Positions 48,073-57,754 of a stretch of DNA of 64,000 nt are shown in pieces. This stretch comes from Chrysemys picta bellii. Taxonomy: Eukaryota. The number at the start of each line of letters is the position of its first letter. The stretch's first letter is position 1. Position numbers and translations under genes: made by a program. The stretch covers positions 11,470,001 to 11,534,000 of the forward strand of contig NC_088812.1 in the NCBI RefSeq assembly GCF_011386835.1, written 5' to 3'. The notes beneath the pieces were generated by a model. It saw only the letters and a program-made list of their open reading frames with translations, was not told the DNA's origin and did not search any database.

Positions 48073-49968
48073 GCCGATTTGCACCCGCTGGGGGTCCGGC
48101 CCCATTGACTCCAGTGGAGCTCTCGCTGATTTGCACCCGCTGGGGGTCCGGCCCCATTGACTCCAGTGGAGCTCTGGCTGATTTGCACCCGCTGGGGGTC
48201 TGGCCCCATTGACTCCAGTGGAGCTCCGGCTGATTGACGCCAGCTGGGGGTCCGGCCCCATTGACTCCAGTGGAGCTCCGGCTGATTGACGCCGGCTGGG
48301 GGTCCGGCCCCATTGACTCCAGTGGAGCTCTGGCTGATTGACGCCGGCTGGGGGTCTGGCCCCATTGACTCCAGTGGAGCTACGGCTGATTGACGCCGGC
48401 TGGGGGTCCGGCCCCATTGACTCCAGTGGAGCTCCGGCTGATTGACGCCGGCTGGGGGTCCGGCCCCATTGACTCCAGTGGAGCTCTGGCTGATTGACGC
48501 CGGCTGGGGGTCTGGCCCCATTGACTCCAGTGGAGCTACGGCTGATTGACGCCGGCTGGGGTCCAGCCCCATTGACTCCAGTGGAGCTCCGGCTGATTCA
48601 CACCAGCTGGGGGTCCGGCCCCATTGACTCCAGTGGAGCTACGGCTGATTGACGCCGGCTGGGGTCCAGCCCCATTGACTCCAGTGGAGCTCCGGCTGAT
48701 TCACACCAGCTGGGGGTCCGGCCCTATTGACTCCAGTGGAGCTACGGCTGATTCACACCAGCTGGGGGTCCGGCCCCATTGACTCCAGTGGAGCTACGGC
48801 TGATTCACACCAGCTGGGGGTCCGGCCCCATTGACTCCAATGGAGCTCTGGCTGATTGACGCCAGCTGGGGGTCCGGCCCCATTGACTCCAATGGAGCTA
48901 CGGCTGATTCAGACCAGCTGGGGTCCGGCCCCATTGACTCCAGTGGAGCTACGGCTGATTGACGCCAGCTGGGGTCCGGCCCCATTGACTCCAGTGGAGC
49001 TCCGGCTGATTGACGCCGGCTGGGGTCCGGCCCCATTGACTCCAGTGGAGCTCCGGCTGATTGACGCCAGCTGGGGATCTGGCCCCAGTGACTCCAATGG
49101 AGCTACGGCCGATTCACACCAGCTGGGGGTCCGGCCCCATTGACTCCAATGGAGCTACGGCCGATTCACACTAGCTGGGGGTCCGGCCCCATTGACTCCA
49201 ATGGAGCTACGGCCGATTCACACCAGCTGGGGATCTGGCCCCAGTGACTCCAATGGAGCTACGGCCGAGTCACACCGGCTGGGGGTCCGGCCCCATTGAC
49301 TCCAATGGAGCTACGGCCGATTCACACCGGCTGGGGATCTGGCCCCAGTGACTCCAATGGCGCTACGGCCGATTCACACCAGCTGGGGGTCCGGCCCCAT
49401 TGACTCCAGTGGAGCTACGGCCGATTCACACCGGCTGGGGATCTGGCCCCAGTGACTCCAATGGAGCTACGGCCGATTCACACTAGCTGGGGATCTGGCC
49501 CCAGTGACTCCAATGGAGCTACGGCCGATTCACTCCGGCTGGGGATCTGGCCCCATTGACTCCAATGGAGCTACGGCCGATTCACACCGGCTGGGGATCT
49601 GGCCCCATTGACTCCAATGGAGCTACGGCCGATTCACACCGGCTGGGGATCTGGCCCCATTGACTCCAGTGGAGCTACGGCTGATTGACGCCGGCTGGGG
49701 TCCGGCCCCATTGACTCCAATGGAGCTACGGCTGATTGACGCCGGCTGGGGGTCCGGCCCCATTGACTCCAGTGGAGCTCCGGCTGATTGACGCCGGCTG
49801 GGGGTCTGGCCCCATTGACTCCAGTGGAGCTCCGGCTGATTGACGCCAGCTGGGGGTCCAGCCCCATTGACTCCAGTGGAGCTCTGGCCGATTGACGCCA
49901 GCTGGGGGTCTGGCCCCATTGACTCCGGTGGAGCTCCGGCTGATTGACGCCAGCTGGGGGTCCAGCCC
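48073..49968. repeat. 51-52-bp minisatellite, ~36 copies
   Basis: Unit GGCCCCATTGACTCCA(G/A)TGGAGCT(C/A)CGGCTGATTGACGCCAGCTGGGGGTCC. The period was measured at 48101 to 48153. Confidence 0.95.
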
Positions 49969-51069
49969 TACGTTACACAGCAGCATCGGCTTCTTGGCAA
50001 GATTCGAGCTGGGTGGCTGCGTCTCGGTCGCTGCTGGGGCTGGGTCTCTGGGAATCGCAGCCCAGACGCCTCCCCGCGTCCTGCCCTGCATCCATCCTCT
50101 GTCCTCAGTGGCCCCGTTCCCCATCCTGCCTTGTGCCTCTTTGCACGCGGTCCTCTGGATTCTGACCAGCCTCCCCTGGGCCGTGCACTGCTTCTGCCCG
50201 GCCCTCCCGTGCTGACCCCGTCGCTGCTCTGGCCCTTGGCCCGTTGGGTATGTTCTCTGCCCGGGGGCGATGGTGCCTTCCCCCGGTGCAGGGCCCTGGC
50301 CTGGCCTGTGGGCCTGAACCTGCTCTTGCTTACCCTGGCCGGACGTGCGGTGCTAGCGAGGTGGGGCTAGGCCGTGGGGCTCGTACGGGGCCATGTGCGC
50401 GGAAAGGCTGCGGGAGCAACGAATCACCAGCCTCCGGTGCCATCCCGGGGGCAGGAGTCATTGGGGCCCAATGCAGAACCCTCCACTGAGCTGGTTCTCG
50501 CTGGCGGCTGCATGCGACCCGGCCCAGGTCAGCAGGGAGTGGGTTTGCTTCTGCAGTAAACGCTATTATTTTCTAGGCGGTCGCCTCCAGCCCGGCGCGC
50601 CCAGGAGGGGCCGGGGCATCGCCCGTCTCCTTGCCCCAGAGGCCTTTGGGCTCCCGGCTCGGAGGAGCTATTTTGACATGAATGCAACTCTCAGACTGCT
50701 GAGCGCTTCGGTTTCGTGCCGTGCAGTGGGGAGGGGAGAATCTTGGCTCCTACTAACCAGAGACGGGCTGGGCCCAAAGATGAACAGAAGGGACTGGAAG
50801 GGGAGGGATAGAATAACAGTGAAGAACAGCCTGTGCCTTCTATTTTCTACCCGCACAGCTCGCTGGCACATGCAGCCCTGCCCACAGGACACGCAGCTGC
50901 ATGGAAATACACACATGCAAACATCGGAGTGCGTGGCTACGCTACGCATATTGCACATGCACATTCGGTGCATACGTGTCTGGAAAGAGAGCTCTACACC
51001 TGCAGAGAAACATACAGGACACCTGGTGTAACTAAATAGCCATGCCCTTCTGCACACACTGTGCCATGC

Positions 51070-51200
51070 ATATATATATGCACATGTTGGCGGTGGGCGG
51101 CATTGAACCTGGCATCTCTGAAGCTAAATGCATGAGCCTCTACGGCACGAGCGAAAAGCCTCATGGCCGTTAGCTAAGGCTGTAGCAGACTCATTAACCC
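51070..51200 (-). mobile_element. tRNA-derived SINE-like remnant
   Basis: The reverse complement reads ggcttttcgctc...gtagaggctcatgcatttagc...ccaggttcaatgcc (B-box-like). Confidence 0.4.
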
Positions 51201-52733
51201 CGCTCTGCGTGGTCTCGGTGCTACAGGCGCTGCCCAAAACAGCTGGATGCAGGGTGAAGGTGCAGGCAGGGGGCCAGGCAATAGCAGGGAACGGCCCTGG
51301 GGATCATGACAGAGAGAGGCTGGGGGTACCCATGGGTCAGGGGCCCAGGGCTGGAGCTGGGGAGTCGAGGGAGGGCCTGTGTGGCAAGACCAAGCACTGG
51401 TGAGGGAAGGAAATGTGTAGCCATGGGGAGGGCCAGGGACCTGTCCCCCACACAGGCCTGAAAGGGTTAACCTGGGCCTGAGAGGCCAGTTACCTGGCAG
51501 CACCGGGAGAGAGAGAAAGCCAGACATGATGGAGACTGGCAGGGGCGGGGGCAGGGGGTGATTATAAAGCCAGGAAGTTTGCAGCAGAAAGGGGCTGCAG
51601 GGAGGATGCTGGCAGCCAGGCTCTGGGGCTAGATGAGGTAGGAAGCGGCCCAGAGAGGCAGGAGCAGACCCTGGCTGCCTGCGAAGGTTCCCTGGGGTGG
51701 GCGGACCGGAGGGCCAAAGCCTCAAACTGCCCTGCTAGCCTGAGGGAGCCGGCTGACCTCCGAGGGGGAACTGAGGCACGGCTACCGTGATGCCAGGCTG
51801 GGTAAGTGACCCCGTTACAGGCTGGATTCTCTGCTGCCGGGCGCTTGGAGCTGGCATTGCACCTGAACGGAGTGGGTGTAAAAATGCCACCAAACTGGAA
51901 TCCTCCCGTCTCTCCCAGCCACTGTGGTGACTTACACACCCCGTGCGTGCCAAGATCCACACTCCCCTGCAGAGACAGACACGCACCCGCCAGAGGAACA
52001 GGTCCTGGTTCTATCACCAGCTCCTTGGGCAAGTCACCTGGGTGCGGCCCCCTACAATGGAGGCCAGGCAGGCCAGGCTCTTCCACAGACCAACCCTGTT
52101 GCAGATGCCGAGTGTTAGAAAACCTGGGGGGCAGCCCTGGCCCTCCGGCTGTCAAGGGAATCTCACTAGTGTCTTCAGTGGAGTTAAGATTTCCCCTCCT
52201 TGCCCAGTTGGCACACCTGGGGTAAGGAAACACCCTTCGTCTGTCATGCCTCTGCAGAGGTGGGTTCTACGGGCAGCGCCCCCATCGCTACCCTTCTCCT
52301 AACAAAGAACTGGGGCTGCCCCTTCCTGAAGCTCACGGAGCTGCTGCTTTGTTACCGCGGCTCGTTGCCGTTGGTAGGAAGCCAAGCCCGGCGGGCTGGC
52401 GAGGCTCTCAAGGCGAAGAAGCACATGGAAATTCCGCCTGCCTGTTTCCAGCGAGCCCCAGGTACCAGCAGCTCGCGTTCCCGGGCACGCTTCAAAGAGC
52501 CCTCTGTGTGCTTAACCTTGAGCCCTTATCAGTACACAGGCCTGGCTGGGGCATGACCAGAACGTGGCACTTCTTGGGCTATGACAAGGCAGGAGATTCT
52601 CAGCTCTTCACTTTCTAATTCCAGGCAAACCGAGAGCCGTGGGAAGCCTCCTGCCCCCAACGGAGACGTCTCTAGGGCATTTCATCAACGGATCTCAAAG
52701 CAGTTCACAAGCACTTGTAACTAACCCTTCACA

Positions 52734-52989
52734 GTAGCAGCCGTGTTAGTCTGTATCCGCAAAAAGAAGAACAGGAGGACTTGTGGCACCTTAGAGACTA
52801 ACAAATTTATTAGAGCATAAGCTTTCGTGGACTACAGCCCACTTCTTCGGATGCATATAGAATGGATGTATGTAATATATATGTTCCATTCTATATGCAT
52901 CCGAAGAAGTGGGCTGTAGTCCACGAAAGCTTATGCTCTAATAAATTTGTTAGTCTCTAAGGTGCCACAAGTCCTCCTGTTCTTCTTTT
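52734..52989. mobile_element. Penelope-like element terminal (pLTR) fragment in inverted configuration
   Basis: Carries turtle-type Penelope terminal sequence (gtagcagccgtgttagtctgtatcc...ggcaccttagagactaacaaatttatt). Forms a perfect 105-bp inverted repeat (52762-52866 / 52885-52989), flanked by an 11-12-bp direct repeat (T)AACCCTTCACA. Confidence 0.85.
52897..52936 (+). ncRNA. Minimal type I hammerhead ribozyme-like motif (mirror copy on - strand at 52815-52854)
   Basis: Layout: GCAT (stem I), CCGAAGA-A (core, CUGANGA variant), GTGGGC-TGTA-GTCCAC (stem II), GAAA, palindromic AGCT (stem III), T, ATGC (stem I'). Confidence 0.6.
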
Positions 52990-53654
52990 AACCCTTCACA
53001 TGCTCCCCCTGGGGGGGGGTGTCAGTTATTAACCCTTTCCTACCGAGAGACAAGGTGAGGCACAGAAGTGAAGGGCCTGGGCACGGCTGCCAACTGAGGC
53101 AAGAACCCAGGTGTCCTGATTAGGAGACTAAATAAATTAGTATTTCACGCACGCTCCTTTATACGGTGCACCGGCCCCTGCAGCCCACTGCTGTCCACTA
53201 ACGAGGGCTTTGCCTTGTGCAGGGTGGTTCAAAGCCCCACTCTGGATCACCAGGGATGCTGTTTCCTCGGGATCCTTCGCCCGGCACCCAATTCCCAGGG
53301 GCTCCCTGGTAACTAACAATTGCTTCCTCCCTACGGGTATGTGTGGAGCTAAATCCACTGGCGCTAAATCCCGTCCCAGCCTCCCTACATCACAAGGTCT
53401 GCAACAGCTGCCGTGCTCGGATTTCTGCAGCCATCTTGAAATGCTCTCAGCTGCACAGATCTGCCTCTTCCAACCTCATTTGCACTTGCTCCCTTTCCTT
53501 GGTGAGCTGCTTGTCGCTCACTAATTAGGGCTGCATGACGATTGCTGGGGGCGGCTCTGCCATGGCCCTGCACCGGGGCAAAGGGTGTGACATGCTGCCA
53601 AAGCCGGAGGGGAGCGCTGCCAGGTACGGGGCTGTGACCTGTGCGAGGGACAGC

Positions 53655-54124
53655 TGTGACGAACTGGGACTGTTCTTGCTGGGGTGTGTGAATGCTGACA
53701 GGGGAGTGTGACTAGGATGGTCTGCATCGGGGGATGGGAGCCGGCCCAAGGGAACATACCTGAGCTTGTAACATGAGAACCCAGGAGGGGGTTGGAGGTC
53801 AGATGACTCCGGGGCCCGGGAAACTGAACAAAGGCGGTGGGAGGGGTCGCTAAAGGCAGAGTGCGGGAAGCAGGCTGAAAGGAGGCTGGAGAGATGGCTG
53901 GGAGGCAGAGATGGCTCTGACCCCCCAAGGGGGGTGGGCTGGCATGCCCTGGGACCCCAAGCTGGACCTAACTGAGGGGGGCCCTGTTGTCTGTGCCTGC
54001 AAGACCTGTCTTGGACTGTATTCCTGTCATCCAAATAAACCTTCTGCTTTACTGGCTGGCTGAGAGTCGCAGTGAATCTCGGGAAGAGGGGTGCAGGGCC
54101 CTAACTCCCCCACAATCCGCGACA
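53655..54124 (+). repeat. 5' LTR (470 bp)
   Basis: Runs TGTGACGAAC...ATCCGCGACA, with AATAAA at 54034-54039. No difference from the 3' LTR was found by eye. Confidence 0.95.
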
Positions 54125-54126
54125 AC

Positions 54127-54144
54127 TGGTGGCAGCGGCGGGAT
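54127..54144 (+). other. Primer-binding site, tRNA-Leu (AAG/TAG)-type
   Basis: TGGTGGCAGCGGCGGGAT lies 2 nt after the 5' LTR. It is complementary at 17/18 positions to the 3' end of vertebrate tRNA-Leu (...ATCCCACCGCTGCCA-CCA, recalled). Confidence 0.8.
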
Positions 54145-54464
54145 CTACTGCACCCCGTGGACGGCGCTTCCTGCAGTAAGTGACTGGGGAGCAGTAAAAC
54201 GAAGGGGGATTGACGGGGACCAGGCGTGCTGAAGAGTGAGAGAGAGACGGTTATTACCCCTGGGAGTGTGTGACCAGCGAGAAGGACTTTTGCAGTAACA
54301 GGGTCCCCCGGGGGGATCGCAGCGAGTGGTCCCAGGGGCGGAGGAGTCTGCAGCTCGACCCTGGCAGAGAGGTGGTGACCTCGAGAAGGGCTGGCACACT
54401 AGGGGTCCCCCTGGGAACTGTGGGGAGCTGTGAGCACACAGGCCGGTGAGTGGCCAGCAGGAAG

Positions 54465-57218
54465 ATGTATGCCAAGCGGCTTAAGAGCGACCTGGTGGAG
54501 CTGTGCAAGCAGAGGCGGCTGCGCATTGGGAGGCTCACCAAAGAACAGCTCATTGCCCAGCTGGAGGCGGAAGATCGTGCGAATGAACTGATCCCTGTGT
54601 CTCAGGGAAGCAGCCTGGCAAATGCAGCGCAGGCACCAGTGTCTGTCCCAGCTGGGAGTGGTCAGCCCGCTGCTGAGGGCTTCCCGAGACCCCTCCTTCC
54701 TATGCCTAGGGGAAGGGTGGGGAGGAGCCCAGCAAATACCGAAGGCGCCGTGACCCCCCCGGCCAGCAGGGGGTCCCCCCGGCGACGCTCGCCGGCCAGC
54801 AGAGGATCCTCCCGGCGACGTTCGGCATCCGGGGAGCGGAATTGGCTGGAATGGGAGAAAGAGCTAAAACTGAGAGAGCTGGAGGATCGTGAACAACAGA
54901 GACAGCATGAACGGGAGGAGAAAGAGAGACAGCATCAGCGTGAACGGGAGGAGAAAGAGAGACAGCATCAGCGTGAAGAGAGACAGCGTCAGCATGAACG
55001 GGAGGAGAATGAGAGACAGAGACAGCATGAAGAGAGACAGCGTCAGCATGACCTGGAACTGGCGAGATTGAAGGGCAGCGAACCCCCGGCTGCGGTGAGT
55101 GAGGGGGGACCCAGGACTGCACGGAGCTTTGATAAGTGCATCATGGCCCCATACAAGGAGGGGGAGGACATGGATGACTTCCTGGAGGCCTTTGAGACGG
55201 CCTGCGAGCTGCACCGGGTGGATCCCGCAGACAGACTCCGGGTCCTTACCCCCTTACTGGACCCCAAATCCGTGGCATTGTACCGCCAACTGGGAGAGGC
55301 AGAGAAAGGGGACTACGAACTATTCAAAAAGGCCCTGCTACGAGAGTTTGGGCTGACTCCTGAGATGTACCGGGAACGGTTCCGGAGTCAGGATAAAACC
55401 CCTGAGGTCTCATATTTGCAACTAGCCGTCCGCATGGAAAGATACGCCAGCAAGTGGGCTGGTGGGGCCCAGACGAAGGAGGACCTGATTAAACTGCTGG
55501 TACTGGAGCAACTGTATGAGCGGTGCCCATCCGACCTGAGGCTGTGGTTGGTGGACAGAAAGCCAGAGAACCCGCGACACGCCGGGCAGCTGGCTGATGA
55601 GTTTGTAAAGAGCCGGTCAGGGGGTGGCAGGGAGGAGCCCCAAAGGAACAGGCCCGCCGTGATGCAGAGAGAGAGTCACCCTGGGACCTCCCAAAGAGGG
55701 AATATGGGGAATCCCCTCCCACGGGGAATGCCCAGCGTCAGGGACAACCGACCGGCTCGAGGGGACCCACAGGACATGAGCTGCTATTACTGCGGCCGAA
55801 GAGGCCACGTTCGGGCCCAGTGCCCCAAGCTCAAGGACAGACTGAGCAGACCGAACCCGCATAGGGTTAACTTGGTAGAGGCCCAGACGGACGAGGGGCA
55901 GGCTTCTCACGCAAGAGGGGCTGGCAGCTTCTCAACTGCTCAAGAGAGAGAAGGGCCCCAGGCCAGCTCCTCTAGGGGGCTGGATGCCCCAGACTCAGGG
56001 TTTTTGGTTTATACGGTGGGCGCGGGGCTGTCCCTCCGGAGAGAGTACCTTGTTCCCCTGGAGGTGGATGGGAGGAAGGTCAATGGATACTGGGATACGG
56101 GCGCAGAGGTGACGCTGGCCCGGCCCGAGGTGGTGGCCCCAGATCAGGTGGTGCCCAACTCCTACCTGACCCTGACGGGGGTGGGCGGAACACCAGTCAA
56201 AGTGCCCGTGGCAAGGGTACACCTGAAGTGGGGGGCCAAGGAGGGCCCCAAGGATGTGGGGGTACACCCGTATTTGCCCACTGAGGTATTGATGGGGGGG
56301 GACCTGGAGAACTGGCCAAGCAACCCCCAAAAGGCACTGGTTGTGACCCGCAGTCAGAGCCGGCGAGGGGCCCTGCGCCCTGGCCTTGGGGGGGGTGCCT
56401 TGCCTGAGGCGCAGGACCCTAACCTGGTGGGGAGGGAACGCCCAGGGACACGGCTCAAGGAGGCTGCAGCTTCAGACCCAGCGGGCGAGAAAGAGCAGGT
56501 GGCCATCCCTGTCCCAGCTGCTGAGTTCCAGGCCGAGTTACAGAGAGACCCCTCCTTGCGGAAGATAAGGGACCTGGCCGACCTCAATGCGGTACAGACC
56601 ATGGGACGAGGTGGCCGGAAAAGATTCCTGTGGGAGAAGGGGTTCCTGTACCGAGAATGGGCTCCCCCAGGGAAAATGGAGTCAGGGGGGATCAGGAGGC
56701 AGCTGGTGGTACCCCAGAAGTATCGCCGCCAGCTGCTGTGCCGGGCCCATGACATTCCCCTCTCAGGGCACCAGGGAACCTGGCGTACCCAGCAGAGGCT
56801 GCTACGGAGCTTTTACTGGCCTGGGGTCTTTGTTACTGTCCGACAGTACTGCGGATCCTGTAACCCCTGTCAGAGGGGGAGGAAGGCCTGGGACAAGGGG
56901 AAAACAGCTTTAGGACCCTTGCCCAGCATAAAGGATCCTTTCCGGAGGGTGGCCAAGGTTAAAAGGGCGGCTCTAAACCAAGAGAGCCCAAAGCACAGAC
57001 CTCCAGACTGGAGCGCTGGGAGAAGACCACAGCCCAGTTGGAACCCCAGAGGTATGGGGGTGGGGAAAGGGCACAGGCCGCATAAACCTTCCCACATGCG
57101 AACTGCGAGTGCCATCAAGCACCCCCGACCTAAGGGGGGGCGTGGAACGGAAGGGGCCTGGTGTAACTCCCACCAAGGAACTGGAGGGATGCGGGGGCAT
57201 CCATGGGAACGGGGGTAG
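54465..57218 (+). CDS. Retroelement polyprotein: Gag (SCAN-type capsid domain, CCHC knuckle), aspartic protease, integrase H2C2 zinc finger; 917 aa from first ATG
   Basis: SCAN-like LTPEMYRERFR...TKEDLIKLLVLEQLY...WL...P...AGQLADEF (~55343-55610). CYYCGRRGHVRAQC (55782-55823). YWDTGAEVT with DTG at 56094. AHDIPLSGH...FYWPG...YCGSCNPCQ (56748-56870). No RT YxDD, RNase H or IN DDE core. Confidence 0.9.
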   Translation: MYAKRLKSDLVELCKQRRLRIGRLTKEQLIAQLEAEDRANELIPVSQGSSLANAAQAPVSVPAGSGQPAAEGFPRPLLPMPRGRVGRSPANTEGAVTPPASRGSPRRRSPASRGSSRRRSASGERNWLEWEKELKLRELEDREQQRQHEREEKERQHQREREEKERQHQREERQRQHEREENERQRQHEERQRQHDLELARLKGSEPPAAVSEGGPRTARSFDKCIMAPYKEGEDMDDFLEAFETACELHRVDPADRLRVLTPLLDPKSVALYRQLGEAEKGDYELFKKALLREFGLTPEMYRERFRSQDKTPEVSYLQLAVRMERYASKWAGGAQTKEDLIKLLVLEQLYERCPSDLRLWLVDRKPENPRHAGQLADEFVKSRSGGGREEPQRNRPAVMQRESHPGTSQRGNMGNPLPRGMPSVRDNRPARGDPQDMSCYYCGRRGHVRAQCPKLKDRLSRPNPHRVNLVEAQTDEGQASHARGAGSFSTAQEREGPQASSSRGLDAPDSGFLVYTVGAGLSLRREYLVPLEVDGRKVNGYWDTGAEVTLARPEVVAPDQVVPNSYLTLTGVGGTPVKVPVARVHLKWGAKEGPKDVGVHPYLPTEVLMGGDLENWPSNPQKALVVTRSQSRRGALRPGLGGGALPEAQDPNLVGRERPGTRLKEAAASDPAGEKEQVAIPVPAAEFQAELQRDPSLRKIRDLADLNAVQTMGRGGRKRFLWEKGFLYREWAPPGKMESGGIRRQLVVPQKYRRQLLCRAHDIPLSGHQGTWRTQQRLLRSFYWPGVFVTVRQYCGSCNPCQRGRKAWDKGKTALGPLPSIKDPFRRVAKVKRAALNQESPKHRPPDWSAGRRPQPSWNPRGMGVGKGHRPHKPSHMRTASAIKHPRPKGGRGTEGAWCNSHQGTGGMRGHPWERG

Positions 57219-57270
57219 GTTCGAACTTCCCCAGGTCACTGGCTAAAGTGACCCCGCTCAGTTCGGTCTC

Positions 57271-57284
57271 GAAGGGGGGAGAGA
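57271..57284 (+). other. Polypurine tract
   Basis: GAAGGGGGGAGAGA lies immediately 5' of the 3' LTR. Confidence 0.9.
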
Positions 57285-57754
57285 TGTGACGAACTGGGAC
57301 TGTTCTTGCTGGGGTGTGTGAATGCTGACAGGGGAGTGTGACTAGGATGGTCTGCATCGGGGGATGGGAGCCGGCCCAAGGGAACATACCTGAGCTTGTA
57401 ACATGAGAACCCAGGAGGGGGTTGGAGGTCAGATGACTCCGGGGCCCGGGAAACTGAACAAAGGCGGTGGGAGGGGTCGCTAAAGGCAGAGTGCGGGAAG
57501 CAGGCTGAAAGGAGGCTGGAGAGATGGCTGGGAGGCAGAGATGGCTCTGACCCCCCAAGGGGGGTGGGCTGGCATGCCCTGGGACCCCAAGCTGGACCTA
57601 ACTGAGGGGGGCCCTGTTGTCTGTGCCTGCAAGACCTGTCTTGGACTGTATTCCTGTCATCCAAATAAACCTTCTGCTTTACTGGCTGGCTGAGAGTCGC
57701 AGTGAATCTCGGGAAGAGGGGTGCAGGGCCCTAACTCCCCCACAATCCGCGACA
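57285..57754 (+). repeat. 3' LTR (470 bp)
   Basis: Direct repeat of 53655-54124, preceded by a polypurine tract. Confidence 0.95.

Larger units (their letters stand above)
53655..57754 (+). mobile_element. Gmr1-like Ty3/Gypsy LTR retrotransposon, non-autonomous deletion derivative (4100 bp)
   Basis: Two 470-bp TG...CA LTRs and a 5-bp TSD ACAGC (53650-53654 / 57755-57759). PBS, PPT and a gag-pro-partial-IN ORF are present. The IN zinc finger follows the protease with no RT between, the Gmr1-type order. Confidence 0.93.

Noticed and set aside
48022-50124. Repetitive ORFs (MGPDPQPASISRSSTGVNGA...)
   Set aside because: Products of the 52-bp array cycling through reading frames.
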